Shown here one piece after another: positions 8,093-16,969 of a DNA stretch of 64,000 bases (the first letter of the stretch is position 1; every line of letters starts with the position of its first letter). The DNA lies in the sequence record NC_019410.1. One strand, 5' to 3'. The notes below the pieces were generated by a model. That model was not told where the DNA came from, ran no database searches, and saw only the letters and a list, made by a program, of their open reading frames with translations. The translations under genes were made by a program, and so were the position numbers.

Positions 8093-8566
8093 TCACTTCA
8101 GGAGCTTGAGGGCGGGGGCGTGATATTTGAACCCCGCCTCGCTGATCGGCCCCACGCCCACGAAGGTGATGGTCGGCTTGCCGAACACCGTGCGGCCCGC
8201 GTCGAGGACGAGGGTCGCGCCGGCATGGTCGCGGAACCGCTCATAGAGGGCTTCCAACTCGGCGTTGGTCCCGGCGTGGAGCGCGATCTTCACGGCCGAC
8301 TGCGAGTAGCGGTATTGCCGCGCGATCCTGGGGAACCGCTCCATGGCGTCCCACCACGCATGGAGGTAGGCGTGGCCGGCCTGAGCCGCGAGCTTGCCCA
8401 GGTTGAGGGATTTCTCGTCCGGCTTGCGGCGGTTCTTGGCCACGGTCATCGCGTCGAGCGCTTCCTGGCTCACGACGGCGTAGAGGCGCAGTTCGGCCTT
8501 AGGCTTGCCGGCGAAGACCGCCATCAGAGAGTCCCAGGCGTTGCGCCAAGCGTCGATCACGTTCAT
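8093..8566 (-). CDS. pth2: peptidyl-tRNA hydrolase type 2 (Pth2)
   Basis: GKLAAQAGHA, VKIAL, LVLDAGRT, T.VGVGP. Confidence 0.85.
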   Translation of the reverse strand: MNVIDAWRNAWDSLMAVFAGKPKAELRLYAVVSQEALDAMTVAKNRRKPDEKSLNLGKLAAQAGHAYLHAWWDAMERFPRIARQYRYSQSAVKIALHAGTNAELEALYERFRDHAGATLVLDAGRTVFGKPTITFVGVGPISEAGFKYHAPALKLLK

Positions 8567-9006
8567 GAAAAGCGGCTTTCGTAGGAGGCCTCCAGGGCGA
8601 TCGCCGCGTCGAAGGCGACGTCGATGAGGTCCTCGTGCATGAGAACATCGAAGGAGCGGTCGACCCGGAGGGCGAACTGGGCTTCCATCGAGCGGTTGAA
8701 GGCCAGGAGGTCCTTGTGGAGCCCTGCCATGCGGTCCAGGAGCTTGATCGCGTAGACGTCCGGCCCGAAGGTCCCTCGCGTCTGATGCAGGCGCTTCTTG
8801 ACGTCGTTGATCGTCTCCCAGGACTTGACCTTCAAGTCCTCCATGAGGTCGGCCTGCTGCTCGACCCGGATCAGGTGACGCAGCAGCCGCCGGAGCCGGG
8901 CCTGGATTTGATCAGGCGGGGCCGACGGCGGAGGAGCGCGACACTCCTCCGCCTCGGTGGCGATCATCTGACGCGCCCGGTTGACGCAGTCGAGGATCGA
9001 AGCCAT
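8563..9006 (-). CDS. hypothetical protein
   Basis: Coupled overlaps on both sides. Confidence 0.7.
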   Translation of the reverse strand: MASILDCVNRARQMIATEAEECRAPPPSAPPDQIQARLRRLLRHLIRVEQQADLMEDLKVKSWETINDVKKRLHQTRGTFGPDVYAIKLLDRMAGLHKDLLAFNRSMEAQFALRVDRSFDVLMHEDLIDVAFDAAIALEASYESRFS

Positions 9007-9431
9007 CAGCCCTCGGCGGCCGGCGCTTCCGGCTCAGCGGTGGTCTTGCCCTTGCCCTTGCTCGCCGGCGCGGCCTGGGCTTCTTCCGCCGCCGGCTCGG
9101 CGATGGGCGCGGGGGCTTCCACCACCGGTTCGGCGTCCGCAGCCGCCTCGACCGGCGTGTAGTCGGCCTCGAACGCGGCCGGCTTCAGGATGGCGATCTC
9201 GTAGGTGTCCTCGCCGCGCGGGATGCGGACGATGTAGTCGTCCTGGGTCGCCGAGGCGATCTGGCCGTTGATCGGGACCAGGAGCTTGCCGACGGCGTCC
9301 TTGCCGACGTGCATGGTCCCCATGGCGGTGTAGCCCGAGTGCTGGGTCAGCCACGCCGGCAGGTCTTCCAGGCGCTGGAAGCTGTACTGGACAGCGTCCA
9401 CGGTCACCGGTTGGCGGATATACTGGGTCAT
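9006..9431 (-). CDS. phage hypothetical protein
   Basis: YIRQPVTVDAVQ ... DDYIV ... KPAAFEADY pattern; Ala/Glu/Pro-rich tail. Confidence 0.75.
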   Translation of the reverse strand: MTQYIRQPVTVDAVQYSFQRLEDLPAWLTQHSGYTAMGTMHVGKDAVGKLLVPINGQIASATQDDYIVRIPRGEDTYEIAILKPAAFEADYTPVEAAADAEPVVEAPAPIAEPAAEEAQAAPASKGKGKTTAEPEAPAAEG

Positions 9432-10030
9432 GCGGTCTCCTGCTGGAGGTTAGCCGGCGCCGGGATGGCGTCGGAAAGGGCTTGCTCGACCAGGACCAGG
9501 ATGTCCATGACGAGCTTGGGATTGAGGTCGGGCTCGGTGAGCGCGGCGGCCAGGGCGTTGATCCGGAACCACGTCGGGTCAGCGTGCGGGATCAGATTGA
9601 GATTGTGCAGGTGCAGCAGCGTCGAGCCGTGGGAGGCGGTCCGCTCCGAAAGCTCGCGCAGCACGCGGGCGCCGGCGAGTTGGTCGGCCAGGACCTTGAT
9701 CACGCTGCCCGAGGGAGCCAGGAGCAGGCGCATCCAGTCGCCGTTCGGATCGTCGGCTTGGCGCAGGTCCGGATGGTCCAGCGTCTTGCCCCAGATCACC
9801 TCGTGCGCCTTGGCGGCCAGCGAGCGGCGGCGGCGGGCGAGGTCTTCGGCGTCCTTGGCGGCGCGCAGGCTGGAAAGCGTCGTGGCGATCAACACCGAGG
9901 GAAAGAGCGCGACGACGAAGAACGCGGCGCGCTCAAGTGGCGAGGCGTGCGAAGCCACGATATTCATGGCCGTGCCGATCAGCACCGTCGGATAGATCAA
10001 GCCGCCGTGGCGCTGGATGAACGAGATCAT
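9428..10030 (-). CDS. hypothetical membrane protein
   Basis: Two N-terminal hydrophobic segments; first gene after a promoter element. Confidence 0.75.
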   Translation of the reverse strand: MISFIQRHGGLIYPTVLIGTAMNIVASHASPLERAAFFVVALFPSVLIATTLSSLRAAKDAEDLARRRRSLAAKAHEVIWGKTLDHPDLRQADDPNGDWMRLLLAPSGSVIKVLADQLAGARVLRELSERTASHGSTLLHLHNLNLIPHADPTWFRINALAAALTEPDLNPKLVMDILVLVEQALSDAIPAPANLQQETA

Positions 10031-10045
10031 GAAAAGGGCCTCCGG

Positions 10046-10104
10046 CGTTGTCGTCGAAGGCCCTTCTAGCGAGTCGGTGTCAGGCTGTCAACACATGTCA
10101 GCCA
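10046..10104 (-). promoter_or_regulatory. repeated promoter-leader element
   Basis: TGGC-N9-TTGACA-N17-TAGAAG-..-CGACGACAACG-GGAGG; spacer contains CGAGTCG (GANTC). Confidence 0.85.
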
Positions 10105-10107
10105 AGA

Positions 10108-10719
10108 TCAGGCGGCGTTCGTCACCAGGGTTTCCAGGCGATCAAAGCCCAGATCGAGGCGACCCCACATCGACGAGGGCGTATGCGGCTTGACCACCTC
10201 GGTGAACCGCGCGCGCTCCTTCAGATACATGCGGGCCATGGGGATGTTCGGCTGGCCGGTCGCCGGGTCCTTGATCGAGGCCTCGACATTGGCGATCCGG
10301 TCGGCGAGCTTGAGGATGCAGGCCTTGGGGTGCTCGCCCAGCTTGCGATAGATGTCCTCGTTGCGGGCCTTGCGGTTGGGGCCAATGCCCGAGACCGCCC
10401 AGACCAGCGCTGCGACGTCCTCGCCGAACTTTTCCTTGATCATCTCCAGCCGCTGCTCGGGCGTCATGTCGAGATGGGTGTCCTCGATCACGTCGTGCAG
10501 CTTGGCGGCGGCCGTCCAGGTAAAGCCCAGGAAGCCGTAGTCGTCGAGGATGCGCTCGACCTTCTGGAGATGGTAGAGATAGGGCTGGCCGGCGTACTGC
10601 TGGTCCCCGTGGGCGGCGATGGCGAATTCCGTCGGGTCTTCCTGGCGCAGCGGCGCGCCCGGCGCCGTCGGAAGGCCCGTCAGGATGGAGGCGAGTTGGT
10701 CGAGCGAGGCGTCAGACAT
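10108..10719 (-). CDS. RelA/SpoT-type HD-domain hydrolase (small alarmone hydrolase / Mesh1-like)
   Basis: AHGDQ..AGQPY..H, LHDVIEDT, LKLADRIAN; no synthetase domain. Confidence 0.85.
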   Translation of the reverse strand: MSDASLDQLASILTGLPTAPGAPLRQEDPTEFAIAAHGDQQYAGQPYLYHLQKVERILDDYGFLGFTWTAAAKLHDVIEDTHLDMTPEQRLEMIKEKFGEDVAALVWAVSGIGPNRKARNEDIYRKLGEHPKACILKLADRIANVEASIKDPATGQPNIPMARMYLKERARFTEVVKPHTPSSMWGRLDLGFDRLETLVTNAA

Positions 10720-11125
10720 GGGGCTTCTCGGAGATCGGGGTGAAGACTTCCAGGCCGTCGACGATCTGCATCAGATGCGTCGGCGGGTGGGCGGGATTGT
10801 AGCGGATGTAGCCGGCGAGGCCGCCGTCGATCATCGCCCCGCCCCGCTCCTTGTAGTCGTGCCGGAAGCGCGAGACCAGGAATGAGCCGTCGGGCATCTC
10901 GATCGCCGAGAACTGGGCCTGTCGGATCGAGGCCGCCGAGGTGATGTAGAGCCCGCCGCCCAGCGGATGGGTGAAGAGCCCGAAGTAGTTGTCGTGGCCC
11001 TTCTCGCGATCCGGCGTCTCGGTGTAGAAGACGTGGAACGGCCCCTCGCGGTCGGGCAGGTCGTAATAGCCGACGTACTTGGCGTTGTAGTGCTTTTCGG
11101 CCCCGGCGATGTTGATGCTGCTCAT
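10712..11125 (-). CDS. phage hypothetical protein
   Basis: ATG overlaps HNH stop; SRFRHDY...MIDGG segment. Confidence 0.75.
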   Translation of the reverse strand: MSSINIAGAEKHYNAKYVGYYDLPDREGPFHVFYTETPDREKGHDNYFGLFTHPLGGGLYITSAASIRQAQFSAIEMPDGSFLVSRFRHDYKERGGAMIDGGLAGYIRYNPAHPPTHLMQIVDGLEVFTPISEKPHV

Positions 11126-11625
11126 GCGACCCTCAGGAATTCTCCCCAGGCGGGGAGGGCGTGCTTCAGATAGGCGGCGTGCGCCTCGTCCGGCGTCGTG
11201 TAGCACCCGAGATAGCGGTACACCCCGTTGATCGTGACCTGGGCCTGGAACGGCTTCGTCTTGCTCCGGCTCTTGGTCACGCCCTTGGGAAGCGCGCCGA
11301 CGTTCGGGCGGTTCACGAGGTTCTGGGACCGCGTCGCCTTCCGGAGGTTCTTGATCCGATTGTTGCGTCGGTTCAAGTCCTTGTGGTCGACATCGTGATC
11401 GGGCATCACCCCGTGGTGGATCGCCCAGGCCACCTTGTGGGCGGCGATTTGAATTCGCCGGCCGCCATAGGAGACCTTCATCACCCGATAGCCGTCCTTG
11501 GTCACCGAGCCGCAGCGCTTGCGGGACTTGGAGCCCCGCACGGTGATGGCGCCGGTGGCGGGATCGTACTTGTAGCGCGCCCGGAGGAAGTCGACCGGGA
11601 TCGAAAACTCTGCATCCCCCGACAT
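11122..11625 (-). CDS. HNH homing endonuclease with AP2-like C-terminal domain
   Basis: AHKVAW..HHG.MP..DVDHKDLNRRNNRIKNLR.AT.SQN; KGV...FQAQV..NG..RYLG.Y.TPDEAHAAY. Confidence 0.9.
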   Translation of the reverse strand: MSGDAEFSIPVDFLRARYKYDPATGAITVRGSKSRKRCGSVTKDGYRVMKVSYGGRRIQIAAHKVAWAIHHGVMPDHDVDHKDLNRRNNRIKNLRKATRSQNLVNRPNVGALPKGVTKSRSKTKPFQAQVTINGVYRYLGCYTTPDEAHAAYLKHALPAWGEFLRVA

Positions 11626-11629
11626 AGGA

Positions 11630-11869
11630 TTAGTCCTTCTGGGCGTGCCGCTTGAAGAGGAGGTAGAAGCCGTAGGCGACGAGCACCGGAATCCAGAGCA
11701 GGATCAGGGCCACGGTCTGACCGAGGGTCATGAAGAAGAACGCGGCCTTCCAGTCGTTGTTGTACTGGTTGTCGCGCACCGCGTGGACTTTCGGATAGTC
11801 GATCGCATAACGGTAGCCGGCCCGCGCGAGACCCAGCAGCATCCCGATGATGAAGTAGAGATCGGTCAT
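11630..11869 (-). CDS. small membrane protein
   Basis: Two hydrophobic segments, 79 aa. Confidence 0.7.
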   Translation of the reverse strand: MTDLYFIIGMLLGLARAGYRYAIDYPKVHAVRDNQYNNDWKAAFFFMTLGQTVALILLWIPVLVAYGFYLLFKRHAQKD

Positions 11870-11872
11870 GGC

Positions 11873-12139
11873 TTACTTCTCCGAGGCCTCGATCATCTTC
11901 TGGACGCCGGCGTTCAGCTTCTTGCGCAGGACCCAGAAGACCGGAATCCAGAACAGGGCGAACAGGCTGGCGGGCCAGAGGGCGCCGAGGACCAGACCGG
12001 TGATGAAGACGAACCAGCCGTAGATACCGAATTCGTCGAGGGTTCTGATCCCCACCTCGCGGACGAAGGTCGGGACGATGGTCGCGCCGGCGACCCACCA
12101 TCCGATGGCCAGGAAAAGGCCGACGAGCCAGTAGAACAT
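11873..12139 (-). CDS. small membrane protein
   Basis: Hydrophobic segments, 88 aa. Confidence 0.7.
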   Translation of the reverse strand: MFYWLVGLFLAIGWWVAGATIVPTFVREVGIRTLDEFGIYGWFVFITGLVLGALWPASLFALFWIPVFWVLRKKLNAGVQKMIEASEK

Positions 12140-12441
12140 CAGGGTTGTTCCTTCTCAAGACCCACGTCAGGGTCGTATTTCAGGATGACGCCGTCCTCGT
12201 TACGGTGCTCCATCAGCGGGAACCCCGAGACGAACTGCGGCACGAAGAGGTCGCGGCGCGGCTGCTGGAGCCAGATCAGGCCGGTCTCGGCGACCACCGC
12301 GCGCTCGGCCGGGGTAAGCTCCCAGCAGGAGATCACGCCCTCGGGGCCGGTGTAGGTGTGGAGCGGCGCGACCGTGTCCTCGTTCCCCGGAGCGGGGTTC
12401 CAGACCTTGTTGGCGCCGGCGAAATTACGAGGAACGGCCAT
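12139..12441 (-). CDS. phage hypothetical protein
   Basis: ISCWELTPAERA...IWL segment; coupled overlaps. Confidence 0.75.
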   Translation of the reverse strand: MAVPRNFAGANKVWNPAPGNEDTVAPLHTYTGPEGVISCWELTPAERAVVAETGLIWLQQPRRDLFVPQFVSGFPLMEHRNEDGVILKYDPDVGLEKEQP

Positions 12442-12676
12442 CGGCGTTCTTGCCCTTGTTGACGAAATACCAGATCGCCAGGGCGATCAGGAAGCCGGGG
12501 ACGCCCAGCGGCCATGCGATGGCCATGCCCAGCGCGGTGAAGAAGCCCAGCGCCACCGCGCCCGCCGCGTCGGCGAGCTTCAGGACCCCGTTGCGGCTTT
12601 CGTGCTTGATCGTCCAGATGGTCGCAACAAGGCCGCTGACCACGCCCAGGATGATCGAGAAGATGATGTAATTCAA
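12425..12676 (-). CDS. small membrane protein
   Basis: TTG start overlapping upstream TGA; hydrophobic. Confidence 0.65.
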   Translation of the reverse strand: MNYIIFSIILGVVSGLVATIWTIKHESRNGVLKLADAAGAVALGFFTALGMAIAWPLGVPGFLIALAIWYFVNKGKNADGRSS

Positions 12677-13056
12677 AGCAGACCCGCCGCCTGCTTGGCG
12701 GCCTCCTTGGCGCGGACCTTGTCGGGAGACAGGCTCTTCACGCGGTTGATCTCGTCGGCCTCGCAGCCGTCGGCGCTGATGCCGAGATTTTCGCAGAGGG
12801 TGTAGAGTGACAGCAGCAGCCCGCCGACCTCTTCCTTGACCTCGCCGACCGGGCGGCTGTAGGTCCAGTGCGCCTGCCGGATCACGTCCTCCAGGCTCAG
12901 GCCCTGGGTCTGGACGAGTTCCATGCACTCCTCCAGGGTGCGGAAGGCCTGGATGCGTCGGTTGAAGACGCGGCCCGTCAGGACCTCCTCGACCCACTTC
13001 CAGCACCACGTCTGGCGCTTGGCCCGGTGCTCATGACAGGCGTCGACCTCGGTCAC
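12673..13056 (-). CDS. MazG-like nucleotide pyrophosphohydrolase
   Basis: GTG 13056 with GGAG SD; acidic helices LEECMELVQ and RPVGEVKEEVGG. Confidence 0.6.
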   Translation of the reverse strand: MTEVDACHEHRAKRQTWCWKWVEEVLTGRVFNRRIQAFRTLEECMELVQTQGLSLEDVIRQAHWTYSRPVGEVKEEVGGLLLSLYTLCENLGISADGCEADEINRVKSLSPDKVRAKEAAKQAAGLL

Positions 13057-13199
13057 GATTTTCTCCAGTCGAACAGCGCCCAGAAGGCTTGGCGGGTGTC
13101 CCTGGTCCAGGACCAGGGACGGATCGCCAGGATGGAAAGGACGAGGGCGGCGGCGAGATAGATCAGCGCCGCCCGCGCCACGATGTCGAGGAATCCCAT
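13053..13199 (-). CDS. small membrane protein (48 aa, not in ORF track)
   Basis: MGFLDIVARAALIYLAAALVLSILAIRPWSW...; follows the rtcB stop; TGA overlaps next GTG. Confidence 0.6.
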   Translation of the reverse strand: MGFLDIVARAALIYLAAALVLSILAIRPWSWTRDTRQAFWALFDWRKS

Positions 13200-13202
13200 G
13201 GC

Positions 13203-14435
13203 CTAGCCCTTCACGCAGAGGACTTGCTTGAGGGTGTGGACGATGTCCACGAGGTCCTTCTGGGCCTCCATGACCGCGTCGATGTCCTTGTAGGCCATCG
13301 GGATTTCGTCGATCACGCCGGCGTCCTTGCGGCACTCCACGCCCTCGGTGGCCTTGATCTGGTCCTCCAGAGTGAAGGTCGCCTTGGCCTGGGTCCGCGA
13401 CATCGTCCGGCCCGCGCCGTGCGAGCACGAGCAGAACGAGTCCGCATTGCCCTTGCCGCGCACGATGTAGGACTTGGCCCCCATCGAGCCGGGGATGATC
13501 CCGAACTGGTCCTTCTGCGCCGACACCGCGCCCTTGCGGGTCACGAAGACCCACTCGTCGAAGTGGAATTCCTTCTGGACGTAGTTGTGGTGGCAGTTCA
13601 CCGCTTCCTTGTCCGTCTTGAACGGCGGCAGGCCCGACGCCCGCATGGCCTCCAGGACCCGGACCATCATCATCTCGCGGTTGATCCGCGCGAAGTCCTG
13701 GCCCCAGGCGACGGCTTCCACGTAGTCGTGGAACTCCGGCTCGCCTTCGCAGAGCCAAGCAAGGTCCTTGTCCAGCGGCTTGCGCCCGTCACGGCGCAGC
13801 ATCATCTCCTTGGCCTTCTCGATGAAGATGCGGCCGATGGTGTTGCCGACGCCGCGCGAGCCCGAGTGGAGCATCACCCAGACGCGCTGATCCTCGTCGA
13901 GGCAGACCTCGATGAAGTGGTTGCCGCCGCCCAGGGTGCCCAGTTGGACCACGCTGTTGGCGTTCTTCAGCGCCGGGTACTTCTCGCAGAGCTTGTCGAA
14001 CCGCGCCTCCAGGCCCGAATCGACCCACTTGCGCAGGATCGAGTTGGGGATGCCGCTGCGCCCGTTCCAGCCGCCCGACGGACCCGGCCCGCCGTGCGGG
14101 ACGGCGTGCTCGATCAGCGAGCGAAGCTTGGACAGGCTGTCGGGGAGGTCCGACGCGGTCAGGCTGGTGCGGACCGCCATCATGCCGCAGCCGATGTCGA
14201 CGCCGACGGCGGCCGGGATGATCGCGCCCTTGGTCGGGATCACCGAGCCCACGGTCGAGCCGATGCCCATGTGGACATCCGGCATCAGGGCGACGTGCGA
14301 GTGGATGAAGGGCAAGGCCGCGAGGTTGTGGGCCTGGACCTGAGCCGGTTGCTCGAAGTTCACGCCGCGAACCCAGGCCTTGATCACCCCGCCATTCCAG
14401 CCGTTGATCTCTTCGTAATGGGTCTCGGCGGACAC
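13203..14435 (-). CDS. rtcB: RtcB RNA ligase
   Basis: MPDVHMG, VGVDIGCGM, GTLGGGNHFIE, LHSGSRG, NCHHNY, IPGSMG, SHGAGR, DEIPMAYK. Confidence 0.97.
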   Translation of the reverse strand: MSAETHYEEINGWNGGVIKAWVRGVNFEQPAQVQAHNLAALPFIHSHVALMPDVHMGIGSTVGSVIPTKGAIIPAAVGVDIGCGMMAVRTSLTASDLPDSLSKLRSLIEHAVPHGGPGPSGGWNGRSGIPNSILRKWVDSGLEARFDKLCEKYPALKNANSVVQLGTLGGGNHFIEVCLDEDQRVWVMLHSGSRGVGNTIGRIFIEKAKEMMLRRDGRKPLDKDLAWLCEGEPEFHDYVEAVAWGQDFARINREMMMVRVLEAMRASGLPPFKTDKEAVNCHHNYVQKEFHFDEWVFVTRKGAVSAQKDQFGIIPGSMGAKSYIVRGKGNADSFCSCSHGAGRTMSRTQAKATFTLEDQIKATEGVECRKDAGVIDEIPMAYKDIDAVMEAQKDLVDIVHTLKQVLCVKG

Positions 14436-14451
14436 GGCGGGCTCCTTCTGT

Positions 14452-14501
14452 GGTGTCGTGATTTACGACTTTTGACCATGCTCCTCGGACGGTGTCAACA
14501 C
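14452..14501 (-). promoter_or_regulatory. promoter-leader element (variant) for rtcB
   Basis: GTGTTGACA-N17-TCAAAA..CACGACACC..AAGGAG; lies inside the 3' end of the upstream ORF. Confidence 0.55.
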
Positions 14502-14678
14502 TTCTTCAACGGCGGTGATCTGAATTTGCAGCAGACTGGCCGCCGGGTGGCTGGGCGGAAGAAGCGCCTCGGCCTGTTTCATCGCGTCCAGGGTGTCTTC
14601 CAGCGCGGCGCGGAAGGTGTTGCGCTGCTCGGTGGTGGCGCGGACGGCGGAGGGAAATTCGAAGATCATGGGGATCAC
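14463..14678 (-). CDS. hypothetical protein
   Basis: 71-aa helical ORF between terminator and rtcB. Confidence 0.55.
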   Translation of the reverse strand: MIPMIFEFPSAVRATTEQRNTFRAALEDTLDAMKQAEALLPPSHPAASLLQIQITAVEEVLTPSEEHGQKS

Positions 14679-14693
14679 CTTGAGGGGTACGCC

Positions 14694-14732
14694 AAAACGA
14701 AAAACGCCGGCGAGGATGGCTCGCCGGCGTTT
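14694..14732 (-). terminator. rho-independent terminator
   Basis: 13-bp perfect inverted repeat AAACGCCGGCGAG/CTCGCCGGCGTTT followed by a U-rich tract on the minus strand. Confidence 0.9.
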
Positions 14733-14763
14733 CCTAGTCCAGGGCGGGGCTAGAGCCGCCGCC

Positions 14764-15597
14764 TTACTTCACGTTGATGAACGGAATCGCGCCGGCACCC
14801 ATGGTCGAGGGCAGGTGGCCGTCCCATTTGTCGATCGCCCGCAGTTGGGCGACTTCCGGCGACGAGCGAACCGATTCAGCCAGCAGACGGTTGGCCTCGG
14901 CGGTGCCGCGCGCTTCTTCGATCTTGGCGTCAGCCTCGGCCTTGGACACCTGCACCCGCGCCTGGGCGGCCACGGTGTCGGCGTCGGCCTTGGTCTTGGC
15001 CTGGATCGAGTCGAGGATCACCTGCGGATAGCGGATGGCTCCGATCCAGTCGAGTTGGCTGATCGTCACGCCTTCCTTGGACCATTTGCGCTGCACCGTG
15101 GCGAGCGCCTTCTGGATCACGGCCTGCCGCCCGCCCTTGTAGAGGTACTCGACCGACACGAGTTCGGTTTCCTTGGCGATCGCCGAGCGGACGTCGTTGC
15201 GGATCGGCCCTTCGAACAGTTGATCGAAGGTCAGGCGGTACTTCTTGTACAGCGCCGGAGCGGCGGCCGATTCGACGCGCATGACGAGTTGGACGTCAGC
15301 GGTCATCGGCAGGGCGTTGTTGTCCGAGAACGTGACTTCTTCGTTCTCGGCGCCGCGCTCGTCGGTCTCGCGGGTGTAGGTGTAGGTGCGCTGGATCGCC
15401 GGGTAGTCGACGATCTTCTCGCCCAGGCCGTTGAAGTGCATGCCCGAGGCCAGCGGCGTCGGATCGACGCCCGAGCCGCCCATGGTGCGAATCTTCACAC
15501 CGATATTGCCCGGCTCGACGGTATGGAAACCGCAGGCCGACATGGTCGCCGCCATGCCCATCAGGGCGACGGCGGTCAGGAAGGACTTAATTTTCAA
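14764..15597 (-). CDS. SPFH/band-7 domain lipoprotein
   Basis: Signal with MSA-C lipobox; VEPGNIGV, SGMHF, Ala-rich EAEA coiled coil, LRAIDKWDG.LP. Confidence 0.9.
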   Translation of the reverse strand: MKIKSFLTAVALMGMAATMSACGFHTVEPGNIGVKIRTMGGSGVDPTPLASGMHFNGLGEKIVDYPAIQRTYTYTRETDERGAENEEVTFSDNNALPMTADVQLVMRVESAAAPALYKKYRLTFDQLFEGPIRNDVRSAIAKETELVSVEYLYKGGRQAVIQKALATVQRKWSKEGVTISQLDWIGAIRYPQVILDSIQAKTKADADTVAAQARVQVSKAEADAKIEEARGTAEANRLLAESVRSSPEVAQLRAIDKWDGHLPSTMGAGAIPFINVK

Positions 15598-15937
15598 GGG
15601 GTTGCTCCTTGCTTTGTTTCGGGGATTTGTGGAACGCTTTTGCGATGTCGCCAGCCAGCTTCATCGCGAACATCACGACCGTCGGCAGGCCCACGAACAG
15701 GACCGCGAAGGCCGCGAACGAGGCGCCGAGGAAGTGGGCTTCGGTGAGGGTCCAGGCAAAGCCCATGATGACCAGCGCGCCGGCCATGATCACGAGCATC
15801 GGATAGACCGAGAGGCGGTAGAAGAGCCCCGGAAGGCGCTTGTCCTTGAGGGCCGCGCTGGGACCGCCCAAGGCGTTCACCAGGAAGAAGACCATCAGGA
15901 TCAGATAGATCGGGAAGAGCGGAAGGAAGAGCCTCAT
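15587..15937 (-). CDS. membrane protein
   Basis: Three hydrophobic segments; overlaps SPFH start. Confidence 0.7.
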   Translation of the reverse strand: MRLFLPLFPIYLILMVFFLVNALGGPSAALKDKRLPGLFYRLSVYPMLVIMAGALVIMGFAWTLTEAHFLGASFAAFAVLFVGLPTVVMFAMKLAGDIAKAFHKSPKQSKEQPLEN

Positions 15938-16671
15938 TGGGCGCGGCCTTTCAGGAGTTCGTTGACGCGATTGCGCAGGCTGTCGACCTTGTCCTGGCCC
16001 CCGAGGATGTCGGCGAGCAGGGTTTCGTCGACGCGGCTGAGCGCCCAGGCGAGATCGACCATCAGCGTCGTCTTCTGCTCGGTCGCGATGGCGACCTGCT
16101 CCTCGATCGCCTCGACGATCGCGGTGACGAGGACTTCCTGGCGCACGCGCCAGCAGCCGTCGTCGCCGGCATAGAACCAAGTCGAGATGATGTTGTCGGC
16201 GCGGCTGTTGTCGGCGATCTTGCGGGCGGCGTGGTAGGGGCCGTCATCGCGGCCGAGCACCGTGCCCAGGGCCAGGGCCGCCTCGATGTCCCTGAACCGG
16301 TTGGCGACCATGGGGAACCACGACTCGCGGTCCTTGAAGTCGTCGCGGGCGTTCTGGATGATCTGGAGGATCAGGGCCACGCGCTTGTCCGAGATCGGCC
16401 GGTCCTCGACCAGCCGGCGGGACGCCCACTTGACGCGTTCGAGTGGCGTGACCACCACCGGCGCGCCGGCGTTGAGCAGCAGCTTGGCGACCTCGTTCTC
16501 GTAGGACTCGTACTCGCGGCAGCGCGCTTCCAGGCGACGGATCGTGGCGCGGTCCTCGATCGCCTGCTTGGTCATGTCGTCCATGGCCTCGGTGGCTTCC
16601 CGAAGTTGCTCCTCCAGGGCCGCCACGCGCTGAACGACGCCGAGCGCCAGAGTTTCGGTCGCGTCGGGCAT
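15934..16671 (-). CDS. hypothetical coiled-coil protein
   Basis: ATG 16671 overlapping upstream TGA. Confidence 0.75.
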   Translation of the reverse strand: MPDATETLALGVVQRVAALEEQLREATEAMDDMTKQAIEDRATIRRLEARCREYESYENEVAKLLLNAGAPVVVTPLERVKWASRRLVEDRPISDKRVALILQIIQNARDDFKDRESWFPMVANRFRDIEAALALGTVLGRDDGPYHAARKIADNSRADNIISTWFYAGDDGCWRVRQEVLVTAIVEAIEEQVAIATEQKTTLMVDLAWALSRVDETLLADILGGQDKVDSLRNRVNELLKGRAQ

Positions 16672-16958
16672 CAGGCCGCGAGCCCGCGCTGCTTCAAGGC
16701 GACGATCTGCTCGATCTCCTTGAGGATGTGGTCCGACAGGCGGTCGGTCCGTTCCTTGATGCCGGCGGGGACGCCGATCTTGCACTGACCGATCTCGTGC
16801 AGGCGGTCGGAGACGGCCTTCAGGTCGATCAGGGTGTCGCTGATCAGCACCTCGGCGAGGCCGATGGCCTCGGTCTGGATGGCGGCGATCCGCTGGGCGG
16901 TGGTCTGCGCCGATTGGCCCGCGACGAGGGCCAGGGCGGCGTTGTTCTTCTGGGTCAT
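16671..16958 (-). CDS. hypothetical protein
   Basis: First gene after promoter element, AAGGAG SD. Confidence 0.8.
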   Translation of the reverse strand: MTQKNNAALALVAGQSAQTTAQRIAAIQTEAIGLAEVLISDTLIDLKAVSDRLHEIGQCKIGVPAGIKERTDRLSDHILKEIEQIVALKQRGLAA

Positions 16959-16969
16959 GGGGTCTCCTT

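Noticed and set aside
13203-14435. Intein or intron in rtcB or nadV
   Set aside because: Lengths (410 and 476 aa) and continuous motifs fit uninterrupted enzymes
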